A stretch of DNA of 64,000 nucleotides, taken from NCBI GenBank assembly GCA_965153285.1, contig OZ229110.1. One strand, 5' to 3'. Origin of the DNA: Podarcis tiliguerta. Lineage: Eukaryota. The position numbers and the translations under genes are program-made. Below are positions 27,301 through 40,300 of this stretch, one piece after another (position 1 is the first letter of the stretch; the number at the start of each line of letters is the position of its first letter). The notes beneath the pieces are model-generated. The model searched no databases. It had not been told where the DNA came from and saw only the letters and a list, made by a program, of their open reading frames with translations.

Positions 27301-30300
27301 CAGTTAGAGACTTCTAAGCAATGTCAGTGTGCACTGATCACTCTTCAGTTGTCATTCACTAGATTTCTAGAATAAATGTGATCTGTGAAAAAATTGAAGC
27401 TGTAATGTGGCACAGCAGATGAAACACACAGAGCCCAGCCTCTGAGGACCAAACTACACCTTACATTACTCACAACTTTTTATAAAATATGCTTAAGCTG
27501 GCCACTCTTATTTTGAAGCAAAAGCAGCCATTCAGGGCCCCACTACCTTCCTATCCAGCTTGCCATTACAGTGGTACCTCGGGTTACATATGCTTCAGGT
27601 TACATACGCTTCAGGTTACAGACTCCGCTAATCCAGAAATAGTACCTCGGGTTAAGAACTTTGCTTCAGGATGAGAACAGAAATCACGCGGCTGCAGCAC
27701 AACAGCAGCAGGAGGCCCCATTAGCTACAGTGGAGCTTCAGGTTAAGAACGGACCTCCGGAACGAATTAAGTACTTAACCCGAGGTACCACTGTACTACA
27801 AATGTTTAAACAAGGAGTGTGTTCTTGTTGTGGAGTGGATATTACCAAGAAAATTGTGAGAAACATTTGGGCAAGCATCTGCTGGGGATACAGGCTATCC
27901 TGCCTTAGGATAAGGCTTAAGCTAGAAAGAAAGATCCACTCCACTTTTAGGCTAGAAAGAATCACTTTTATTATTCAGTCTAATTTAGTTGTTTGGGTCT
28001 TATGAAAGTCTCAGAGTCAACTCCTACTTCCCTTGAGATTAGAGAAGTTTTCCACTGTTTGGATTTAATTTAGGGGAGAGAAAGGAACACAACTAAACTT
28101 TCCATTGCTGAGTATAGGAACAGGTAACATCTAATAGCTTTGGAAATGCCCATCACCACTTAAAATAGCCATCAGACTACAACTGGCCACTGGGTGAATC
28201 AAAGCAGTGATGTACGGGTGAAAGGATATAGCCTTCAAAGGATTAAGCTACTTAATTGCACTTTATTTTTAATACTGTCAAACTGGCTAGGGTTCAGAGG
28301 AGGGAAACAAAGAAGGGTAGGTTTTTGGAATACCAGTTCTATGAGGGAATGGTTGAAGGGACCAGGACTGTTTAGACTAAAGTTGTAAAGGTTTCTAAGG
28401 GGCAGTGAGGCAAGTCAGGCTATTTTTTTCGCCCAAATATACATCTTAAAAAGCATCTATAAAGAGAATGTGTGTTCTAACAGGTTGAAGGCAAGAGGAA
28501 TACTTGGTTACGTTGGCACACGATAACTGTACCATCCACCAGAGTCTAGGAGCTTGATACAGACCAAATCTGGAATCTGTATCCAAGTTCCTCCTGCCAC
28601 CGATGCCAATGATTCCATATATAAACAGCCTAACTATTCCTGTGGCAAGCTCTCTCATCTTGAGATAGTCTGGTCATCTGTATCATTTTACCAAGTGGCA
28701 ATGGGAATGTTATCATACTAGGTGCAGATGTGCTGTAAAAATAGCCAATGTTAACTACCCATGGCTAGTGCAAAATCACTGTGGTTAGCAATAGGATTCC
28801 AAGAGGACGTACTTTAAGTTCTATCATAATGGAGTCCCCTGGAGGAGGAAAAATGTTCTGGAAGTGTTTGATTTGTCCTTGCAGCTTTTGCAATTTCTTT
28901 GAATGCCAAGGACCAAAGCAATGGCTCCTCCACACTTCAGCTTGTAGTTGGCTGCTTTTCCCTGGGGAAGACCTGCTCTTTATCACAGAATTGGAGCAAA
29001 CAGCAATTGGGTTTTCTACTGATTGACATTTGTTCCAATTCAGTAGTAAAGAATGAGTTTTCCTGGGGAAGGCAGAAGAGCAAATGGAAAACTTCTCAGA
29101 CCTGTTCATAGAAAGCACAGGACAAGCAAAAAAACCTCTCAGATCTGTGCTTTCTAGGCATGGGACAAGCAGAGTGTGGACGAGCCCCAAGTCACTCAAA
29201 TGTTGAGCGTATGACTGCCAAGTGTTGTCCGCCGAGCCACTCTGTTCTGCTAGGGCAGAGACCCACCTTGCTCCCTGGAGATCTCTGGTTTGTACCAGTA
29301 CTTGGAGGTATCCTGAACAAACTTCACGTTAGCTCTGGTCTCAGGGCTGCTGTCTAAGAGACAAAGAAGGAATGAAAATGGGAGAACTCAAGGAAAGGAA
29401 GTTTTATGGGGTCATCAAGATAAGACAATTTTATTCCAAACAGATTACTTGTGTTCAACCAAATGATGCCAAATATGGAGTATCACAAGCAAAAAAATGA
29501 GGAGAGCCTTGCACTCCAGGGTAGTGGTGCCTACATGACACACTGCAAAAAAATCAGGATGCTGATCATTTCAGGACAATCCTTGATGATGATCAGATTC
29601 TCATCTATCAAGTACTGATTAGCAGGGTAAAATAGGAAGACTAAAGGCCCAGAAATGCCCCCTCCCCAATTCCCATGATGCCCACTACTCAAGTGAGAAG
29701 CAGCAAGAACGGAGATTTTACCTGGCATTGAGAACTTGGAGAAATCAGGCAGAGTATGATGGAAGGCCATGCCACTCCCACTGCTGGGACTGGACATGCC
29801 ACTGGAGATGGGTGAAGAGGTCTTGCCATTCACTGTGGCGTAGTTAGGCAGGCTGTTTGACCGGTCCCCTGATGACATCCTTCTCTTTTCAGGGAGCAGT
29901 GGTTGGGTTGGGGTGGGGCTTCCCTGCCGGTACACTGCTGAGTCAGGGGACGAGGAATGTGGGCTACTGACTCCATGGTAGTAGGCCGGGGAGACAGGAA
30001 AAGATGGGGTAGAGGGAGCCTGATAACCTGAGGCACTGCTTTGGCGGGACAGCGTTGGGCGCTTCTCCTCTGGAGCTGAGTATCCATATATGATATGCCG
30101 ATCTAAGTTGGGACTTCCAGAGACCATGGATGTGCTGCCTCCCATTATGGGCTGCTGCCGAGTTAGGCTTGGACTCCCAGGCGATGCAACGAGGTTGCCG
30201 TATGGAGCCATTACATGCCTGCTCATGCTCGGGCTTCCTGGAAGGGCTCCCATGTTAGCATTGACAGCTCTTCGCCCAAATCCTGGGCTAGGGGGGGTGT

Positions 30301-33300
30301 TGGTGGCTACCGTTCTGTGGAGGGAGTGGGGGCTTCCAGGCATGACATGGACCCCAACTGCATTGGCTTGGGGTTGAGGCCTTGGGTGGCTATCTTGTTG
30401 AGTGCTGGCTCGGCCATCAGGGAAGTCGGCACTCATATAGGCTGGAAGGCCCTGAGTTGATGTAGAGGTGTTTTGGTAGCTGCTGTTTGCCGACGGCCCC
30501 TGAGAAAGGTTGGTGGATTGGAAGCTGGACTCAGCTGATGGCTGGGATGAAATGGCTATGCTGCCATTGTTCTCTGATGGGTAGCTACCTATAGAGAACC
30601 TGGGGGAAGCAATGGGAAAGAGCAGAATCCGTTATTAATCTATTCCTGTAAGACATGATATAGAGCTGGAGGTAACAGGACTCTTAAGACTCAAGCACAG
30701 GAAGAACCCACCTTGTTCAAACATCTTATCCAAAATTCTTGATTCTCCTAATTCCCCATGATCTCTTTATGAAGCTCTAAGTCACAGTGACCTTAAACAA
30801 ACCAGCTGCCATATTCAGACTTTGATGTCCACTCAGATAAATGACTGCATTTATTTGCTCACAAGAATGTTCACATTCTTGAAACAAACTTTGAGTGGAC
30901 TTGGGTCATTTCCGAATAGGCTGTCATTTTTGCTTCATCTTGTAAGTTCACAGTTTGCAACCCATTATGTGATTCTATGCATGCAAAACATTCCAGAGGG
31001 GAAAATATTTCACAGGAAGCTGAGAATGTGACCTTTCTGTATGGACAAATGTTAATATGTGTATGTCAGCATGCTGTCCCTCTCCTCCCAAAAAAGCCAG
31101 TACTTACAACCTCTGTCCACAATCCTACTAAGAAAACAACAGCACTGTATTTAATAATAGAAACAGAGAAAGCCATTTATACCAAGACAGGCTATTGGCT
31201 CAACTAGCTCACAACTGATTTCATTTGCTAGCTGTGGATCTCCAGGATTTCAGACAAGAGGTATTCCCAGCCCTACGTGGAAATGCTGGGGATTGAACCT
31301 GAGACCTTCTGCAGGCTAAGTAGTTGCTCTACCAATGAGTGATGACACTGTTTAGTGCAGTCCATGGCAAGCTTGTCCTTTGTAAGCTAGATCATTCAAT
31401 GCATAGAATACAGTAAAGGGAAATGTGTTCTTTTATGAGGAAAAATGACTGTAAAGAGAGTAAGGTAACATACATATTCTGTGCGCATTGGTTTACTGTG
31501 GCATGAACTGTCATAAACAAGAGCACCTAGCATAGTAGAAAACATGAAAGTCTGGCCTGCAACCTGATAAAATAAATAAAACTATTTGGAGAGGCTACAG
31601 GTCAGCAATAGAGCTCATGTTTTGAATGCAGAAAGTTCCTGGTTCAATTCCCAGCACCTTCAAGTAGGATTGGAAAATACCTCTGTGCTTTGAGCCAGTC
31701 AGTCCAGACAGTGATGAGCAGCAAGAACCAATGATCTGACTCAATACAGTGGCTTTTCCAGATGTGATAAGAATTCGAAATTCGGTTGCATTTCTGAAAA
31801 TTTGATGAATATACCAATGGGCACCTCTTCTGTGATCACCTTCCTAAAAGGAATGGCCCGTCCACCCCACAAGAAAAACTGGTGTCTTACTCTATTTATC
31901 TTAGCTTTCTTTATTCCATCCACAATAAATTCTTCCAAGTTCACTTATATACCAGTTCGACAAATGACTATTAAGATAAGCATCTCACCTATGCGTACAG
32001 AAACATCTTACCATCCACACATAAGTATACAAAGCTGTATATCTACACTGGGGGTGGGAAACCTTTTTCAAGTCAAGAGCCACATTCCCTCATGGATAAC
32101 CATTGGGGGGGGGGGCTTTTAAAGGCACTTTCATACATTCAGGCTTCTTGTATTTTGCCAACAAAGATCATAGCGTCTTATCTCCTCCCAGCCTGGCTCT
32201 ATTCTGCCTGAGGTGGCAAGAAGCAATTATCACGGTGAACAACCATGTGATAAGTCCAGTGATGTGACTTAAGGAAGTGGAAGAACCATCATAAAGTGCC
32301 TATCCCCTATGATGGAGAAAACTGAAGTGGGGGAGTTTCTTTATTACAGTATACTTCTGCCTCTGGGCCCAGTATAAACTCTGGCCACTAGCATGTGGCC
32401 CTCAACAGATCACTCTTGAGGTAATCTGGCCCTCAATAGGAAAAAAGATTGCCCATCCCTGCTCAAATCCATGAGTGATACAAGAAAGGGCAGAAGAACC
32501 TATAATGAGTGAACATGAAATCTCCCTGCAGCACAAATGCTTTCCTGATCAGTTGACACCAAAAGTATGAGCTGGAATGGCCCTGTGTCTTCTATTTGGG
32601 GAAAGCAGCCTCCCAAGATCATGCATCAAAGAGTCTATATATGTAAGCAAAAGGGCTGCAGTCCTATTGCTAGCTGTCACAGTGAAGTCCTGCATAGTTC
32701 AGCAGCATCTGCCATCATCAGCCTGTTGAGAATGGTAAACTACAGCTGTCTTTCGTTACCCATCCATGCTGTGCATTGGACTGCTGGCAGCGACAGGGCT
32801 TGGTGAAACGAAGGAGTTGGGGAAAGATCCATTCCTCACTGGTGTCTCAGTGTTATAGGCCTGTGGAGCCAGGGGTGCCTGGGGCTTCCCAACAGAACTG
32901 CTGCTGCCACCACTTGTTGCTGTACGGGCCACAGATTCCACATAGCTCCGGGGCTCTGAAATGAGGTGGAAAGAGAGGAGATGATGACTGAGGTGCCTCA
33001 AGGTGTGGGGCTTTTACAACCAATATTTCCAATTAGCATAATTTATTTTGAATATGTATACATTGTTTTGTATTGTAAGATAAACTCAAAGCAGGTTACA
33101 ACTAAGCTCATAAAACACATACATCATGCTAGTAGCAGCCCAAATTACTAAAATCAAAGTTACGCACCATCTTGGTCCCTAGAGCAAATCAGAGTAATTT
33201 CTCCCCCTCCTGAAAACCAGAGAATGGAAGGGCCATTGGGGCCTTCTGCTTCATGATCTTACAATGCAAGGGCTGGATTCACATGGCCAAACTCCCCTGT

Positions 33301-34318
33301 GCACAATGCTATTGTTGAGAGAATGTAACAGATGACCTGAACCATGCTGAGATAGAACTGCAGGATCTGTGTTAGTATAGAGGCTTGATAAAAGTGCAGA
33401 ACCTCCAAAATCACCCACATGTAGAGTTGCTGTGGCTGACCTGTGGGCACATCTTCCATGTCATTACAATATTGCACACAATAGCTGGTCAGGATGTACT
33501 GCATACAGAAGAATGTCACTGCGTACACTTGGTCTTAAGTAAATATCAATAATCTCTGACAGACTCTTGCACAGCAAATTCAGCTTTTCTCCTTCCTCAT
33601 CCACCACCACCTTCTTAGATGTAAACCATGTAGGGCAACTTCCTCTGGGAACTTACATAATGAGGGATAGGGTGGAAATCATCCTGGATTTTTAATTACA
33701 GCCTCTTACTATACAATTTAGAAGCATTTCCTCTTGTCCTACCCACAATGACCTATATATATAGCATTTGTGAATGGGCATCTACTTCAATCTGCTCTTT
33801 CTTCTTAATGCTGAACACTGGGTTCCATCAGCATTGGGTTCTTTACACACAACAACTGAGTTCCATATCCTTTAGTAACAACATTCCTCTCTTCTTATGT
33901 GAGGCTAAAACTGGTGAGAGGGCCCCCTCCAGATTGGTGTTTTATTGTAGGTGCATTCTGCAGTATGTTGGTGGCTTTATTCTGCTTTAGTTTCTTCTGC
34001 AATACTTCCCCAATGTCAACACATTATTGCTGTCTGGAGGAGCTATAGTGCAACAAAAGACGGACAAAAACCAACCAGAACATTTGTGGCATAAAATGTT
34101 AAGAGATTTCAGCAGCAAGTTGCAGGATGTGCACTGATTAGAAATGAAACTGCGATCACTCCAAAATTTTGCAGTTGCAAATAGTATTATTACCTGCCTT
34201 TCACCAGCAGATTCCATGGCAGGTTTTAACAAGTTGAAAGCATGATTGTGTGTGACTGCCCCCAATAGCATCATGAACACAGATCATTATGAATGTGGAA
34301 TAAAAAGGATCCTACTAC

Positions 34319-34358
<40 letters not shown>

Positions 34359-37300
34359 CTTCAACGGAGGATCACAGGAAGGTTTACAATATAAAAACAC
34401 AAACTATATACGATAGCAGCAAACAATACCCCCCCCCCACCCCCGGTTTAAAAGGCTATATTATCACCACTTACAGTACTCTCTTTCAAATCCATGTAGC
34501 CTCAGGGAATAGTAATGCTGGTTCTACCCTTTACTGTCAAAACATTCACTTTTCTCCCAACAGGTTGTCAAACACCTTAATGCATGAAATATGTCCCAAG
34601 ATACAGCAGAGGGGAAACTAGGAACAAAGTTGCAGCCGCTCCACAGTTGGGCAAGGTATACAAGGTAATTAATTAGGCAATCTTCTTCTGAGCCTTGTAA
34701 TTGGTGGAGTAAAATGTATGTAAACAGGACTTTGAGATTACTTTTAACCCTTCTAATCTGGAAAACAGATAAACATGGGCCAGGTTTTATGAAGATGGAA
34801 GTTGGATTTCTAAACTGGCCAGACAAATCCGGTGGCCAAGCCCTATCTGTTGTGTCCAAAAGAGTGTTTGCCAGTTAACCAAGCCCACCAAGGCAGGAAG
34901 GAATGGAATGGAATGATGATAAAGAAGGCTGGTCTGCCCTCTTCATACTGAACATTCCACAAGGCAAAAGCCCAGAACAACAATCTTGACCGAACCAAGA
35001 GAGGCCATGGACATTTGGCTGTCTTGGTACTGGGCAGAACAGCAGCCTCAAAAGACTTGCAAAACATATAATAGGCTGTTTTGCTACTTAAAGTGATTTC
35101 ATCTGTTATAGATAACACACTTCATTCACTCCTCCCTAACTTAAAATGGCATGGCTCTGTATCCACAAGTTAACTTGCAAGAGGCTAATGGGAAGCTCCC
35201 TGAAAAAGCCAAGAATTTCTGTTAAATTGTGGGGAATCTCTTCCCCCCAAAACCAGGAAGTTCCAGGGATAAAGGACTGTAAAATTGTTGTATCTCATGT
35301 CTTTGTCTCCCTTTGTGAATATTTTTTCCTTCTGCTGTATAATGCATCCCTCTCTGTTGCTATAGTCTTGCTCACACTTCATAAAAGCCTGTGCATATGC
35401 TAAATTCTCAAGCCCTTCTGTGTGCAAATTATCTGAGTGATATTGAAAAATTAGCATTAACAAACCATTTGTAAATGCTAAACCTAGGAGAGAATGGAAC
35501 TCTTGGATGACATGCAAGAATCACTTGGTAAAGTTCCAAGTCCTGTGCCATATCAAACAAAATCTAAAAATATCCTCTCTGTATTTATGTGAAGCAAGCA
35601 AACATTTCGTTCTGCTGTAGGAAATAAACAGGGAGAGTCTCAAGAGACACTCCCAGGAGGCTGGGGGACATGAAACAACCATTTTGACGTCACAAGTTAC
35701 AATCTCCTATAGCCCATATTTCCAGATCCACACACACACAGACACACACACAGACACACACACAGACACACACACACACACGTCTTGCTAGCACTATGTT
35801 ACAAGAGTCTAAGAACCAAAAGAAGCAGTGGTAGATTAAAGAACATGAGGACTCTATGCAGACTTAACATACATTATTTAATGTATGGGAGCCATTACCA
35901 AGAAACCCCTGCTAATGATAGCTGCACCAAAGATCTCATCAACTGGTAGCACCATGAGCAGAGCACCCACCCACCCATCACCCACCACCATTGCAGCAGT
36001 TCTCAAAGCACAGGTTGGTTTTATCAAGGGATGCATTCCTTGTTTGTATGATGCATATGGGGGGAAAACAAAATCTTCAATAAACTGTATATTAAAATAA
36101 TAATTGCCTCAATATAAGTAGAGGGTATTTAAAAAAAATCTGAAACTGATTTAATGCATAAACTGAAAAGTGTGATCTTAGGCTGTGTGCTTTTAGACTA
36201 ACAGATTAGACTAACAAGAAGAGTATACTGGGGAAGTAACAGCAGCCCTCCCAAACACAATCTGAACTGTGCAAAACTACACATAACAAACCATTCCAAA
36301 GGTGAGACGATATTACAGAGACTACTTGGGGTGGGGATGGGGATGAGCTTGCACTGACCAGCAGTGCAAACTGAATATTGCCTAACCAGCAAGGACTGGT
36401 AGTCCCTATAAACATCTTGCTCAAGTTTCATCTCTATTCTACCTAGAAAAAGCTGTACATCCTGTTCAGATAATGTTTTGGATTCCAATTGGGTTTGTTT
36501 GAGATATCTAAACATGTAGCAGCCCTCCAAAAGGCTATGGTTCACACCAGCTGGGTTCTGTCCCAAGCAGCATTTTAAACTTGTGAACTCTTTCCTTGGC
36601 TTTCTGCTTATTTTCACTCCCTAAAGGTCAGTAGTAGCACATATTTTGGGAAGTACTGGGAATGCAGGACCTCTGCACAGTTATGGAGCAGTGCCTAAAT
36701 GCTTATTGGGGTAGCAGGAGACAAGTATCTGGGGGTAGAGATGAGGAACATCCAGATGTTGCTGGACTCCAGCTCCCATCAGCCCCAGTCAGTGTGGCCA
36801 GTGGGTCAGGGATGGTGGGAGTTGGAGTCCAACAACATCTGGGGGGTTACATGTTGTCCAGTCCTACCTTAGGGGCAAACGGCACACAAAGTTGAGCTGT
36901 GATACAGTGCTTGCATCCCTGTTTTAATTTCTTTCTACAGAATGGGGCTGCAGAAGACCCATATTAAAGAAGGGGGCCTTTCAATTTAACCATTTCCAGT
37001 TTACTCATGACTTTTGGAAAGCAGGTGGGGAAAATTTTCAACATATAACTATCAGAGATCAAAGGCTTAAAAAAACCACCACCCCTCACCTTACATGTGT
37101 TTTCTGCTGAGACTGCAGAATTTACAGCTTCATACAGTGCTTAACATCTCAGGGACTCAGTTTCATGAATAGTTTAGTTCTCACTTTGCAGCAATAGATT
37201 ATTGTTGCTGTAGCAGTAGTTGCTGTTGCTACAAGTAGGGATTAGCCAGAAAGGAAACGAGATCACTAATTTGCTTGTGATGCAACAAAATGCTGCCTAA

Positions 37301-40300
37301 AAATACTGCCTACAAGGATGTGACATACACCTGTAGCTCATACCTTCTCATACCTTCTCATACCTTCAAAAAGTTCTTTTGAGGTTCAAACCCAGCTCTG
37401 GGATATGGTGAGGTGCAAAATTTAACAAACAGACAAATGAAGAGCACTAAATATTATTCCAGCATCAACCCAGTCACTTCTGTATCAGAAGGAAAGAAGG
37501 AGAAAGGGAAGAAAGGAGAGTAGGGAAGGGATCCTCTGTGGCACCAAGTAATGTAGTATGTAAGTATGTAAGTATGACTAGAAGAATCAAAATGCCATTA
37601 CAAAATTCAGGCTTTACCTTTGTGGCAAATGTATACCTCTGGTCCCATGTCAACCTATAAATGGCTAGCACCACCAGGTGAAGGTAGCATGAGGAGCAAC
37701 CTGTAATTGTGTCTATGCCTCAAGGTTCCTGTTTTCGTATGTCCACAGATTAGCCTGAGATTTGATTTATCTGGATTTTGTTCCCATGCTGGACAGATAA
37801 CGTTTCTATCAGGCATCCAGCTGCAGTCCTATGCAGTTACTTGGAAAGATGTCCCCTTGAACTCAACAGGGATTACGTCTATGTATACTTGCATAGGAAT
37901 GCACTGCTCATCTCACACGATATTCAGAAATGATACTCAGAATCGTAATTCACCGAGATTGATGCAATCTCCAAAAATGCCACCTCTGCCACCAGTAAAT
38001 ATCAAAATAATGACACTTATAAATAGTTTGGCAGAAGTGGCTCAGGAAATCTGCTTTTTTTGCAAGAAATTCTAAAGGAGAAACGTCTTTGTATTAGCAC
38101 ACATGTATCAGGGAAGCTGGAGCTATTGTTATTAGAAAAGTAAGCAACTCCTTCCTAATGTCTTTGCTCTCATTTATTTGCAGTTTCCATGTACAGCAGC
38201 TCTAGGGCAATCTGTGGTGCAGCAAAATTCTGTGAGGGAAATGTTTTGGTCTTCAACTCTTCTGACCACACACAAGCCCAGCAGCTTCCTTGTGGCCACT
38301 GGGACTAACAGTGGCCTGCTGGCATATTGTTGTTTGCCAAATAGTTCATATAAAATGAAAACAATTCCCTCCTTACCTTCATCAGATTCAACTACTGTCT
38401 CCCCATCTAGTTCTGAGGGGCAAGCATGGAAGAAATAAGTGTTTGGGAAGGAAAAGATGGACAATGGCAAGGTAATGAAAATGGAGAGAAGGAGGAGACA
38501 TACAAAGAAAAGAGAGAGAGAGAGAGAGATTAGCAGGATTTCTTATGTTAAGCAACTGTAAACATCAGAAGAGGTTGTTTCTGGTCTAAATCATGACCAA
38601 TGTGAACCACCATAAACACCACAAATCTACGTTTAAGGTTCCCGAATGCCTGAAAAACATTATTAGGAACTGGCCTTTTTAAAAAGGAACTCTGTACCGC
38701 TCTTCAACCAACTCAGAGACCTAGCGCTTAGCCTGAGAGTCAGAAGAAAATGAAAAGAAAGAGCCTATTTAGTCTCTAAGATGGCACATATCTAGATTTT
38801 TACACTATACCCCCTTTCAGCCAGGTGTTCATATTCTGCAGATAAAAGCAATAAATGTTTAGAGACATTTGGGAAACCAACAGGCAGAACCACACAAGAT
38901 TTGGCTTTGAAAGAGGATTAGTCAAATTCATGGAGAAGGCTATCAAAGAGAAGGCAATCCAACTAGGAAAGTTGGAGGCAGTAACGCTTCCGAATACCAG
39001 TCGTTGGAAACCCTGGGCAGGGAGAGTGCTCTTATGCTCACGTTCTGCTCCCTGGTTTCCAAGCAGGCATCTGGTTGGCCACTGTGAGAACAGGATGCTG
39101 GACTAGATGAGCCATTGATTTGATCCAGCAGGCTATTATTAAGATATTGCTAGAGCAAGAGACCCAGTTGCTTAAATCACAGAGAATACATACAAGGAGA
39201 GGTGGAAGTGAGATGACACCAAGTGTTATTCCACACATTCCAGTGAATTTTCCATCGCTTTCTTTATCACATACAGCCCAGTCTTTTGGAGAAGCGAGTA
39301 TATTGTGCAAGACCTCCCAATTAACTATAATTGCACATCCTGAATTTATGGGCATGTGAGTGAATCCTGACTGGGGGGGGGGGAGCAACAATATCACCTC
39401 ATGGGGGAGAGTGCTTGTTTAAAAATGTTCCGATGCCAAGGATCTCTCTACACATGGAACATTTATGAGTCAAACGGAAGGCTTCTCAGAGCATGCAAGC
39501 TCTGAGATGCAACATTCATGAAAACAACTGTCCAATCTGCTCCAACGAACGCCTCCTCATACTGGACATGTGCAAAGCCTGATAGCTTCCCATTATGCAA
39601 TACACTGATCGTGGTCTCTAGTATTATCTACAAGCCTCTTACTCTGCAGTTGTTGTTCTTAAAAGGACTGATATGTTCAATAGCCTTCTATAGCATGAAG
39701 TACTGTCCAGAAAGTGGCTGGTTATACTGATGGATGGATAACCTTGAAAAAAATGCATTTCAGGCTTGCTTAGGACTCAGTTTCTACTTTTCCTAATCAG
39801 CTTCAGCTTGAGCCAGGTTAGCAAGTTCATGCTTGTGAAAAAATCTGTAGCAGGCAGCTCACATGCTTATGTAAACCTCTGCAAATATTGACTCTGCACC
39901 TGAATATTCGGTTTAGACTGTAAACTGTCATGATTGGGGCTCATCCTCTACCCTTCCGCTGTGGGAGTTTATCTCACATCTCCTAGTTTGCTTCTTGATT
40001 GCAATCACTATCATTCCTCTGACAGTTTGTCATAATATGTTTATTATTCTTACCCTTCAGGAATCCCAGTTCAGTTTACATGGCTGCCCCACCCCAGCAG
40101 GCAGCTCCGCTATCGAGCCACTGGCAAGTGTAAAACTTACTCAATTTTAAAAATGTAGAAGCATTCTGGGGCCTTAACATTTTATGTTAAAGAGTGGGAT
40201 GACATATATTCCACTGGAGCAATTTAAAGTAAGCAGCATATTTCAAAATAAATTTTAAAAAATGTCCAGTTGCACCTTAGAGACCAACAAAGAGACCAAC

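Noticed and set aside
19504-29478. Perfect CArG boxes CCATATTTGG (19504-19513) and CCAAATATGG (29469-29478)
   Set aside because: Several are expected by chance in 64 kb of AT-rich DNA, and there is no supporting context.
29531-29721. ORF read-through past the donor of the 878-nt exon
   Set aside because: A good donor (CAG|GTAAAA) joins in phase to the SH2 exon, and the extension has no tensin similarity.
37339-37368. CATACCTTCT x3 (and a GCTCCAGTGC duplication at ~17750-17785) as a CRISPR-like array
   Set aside because: These are simple slippage duplications without spacers, in a vertebrate genome.
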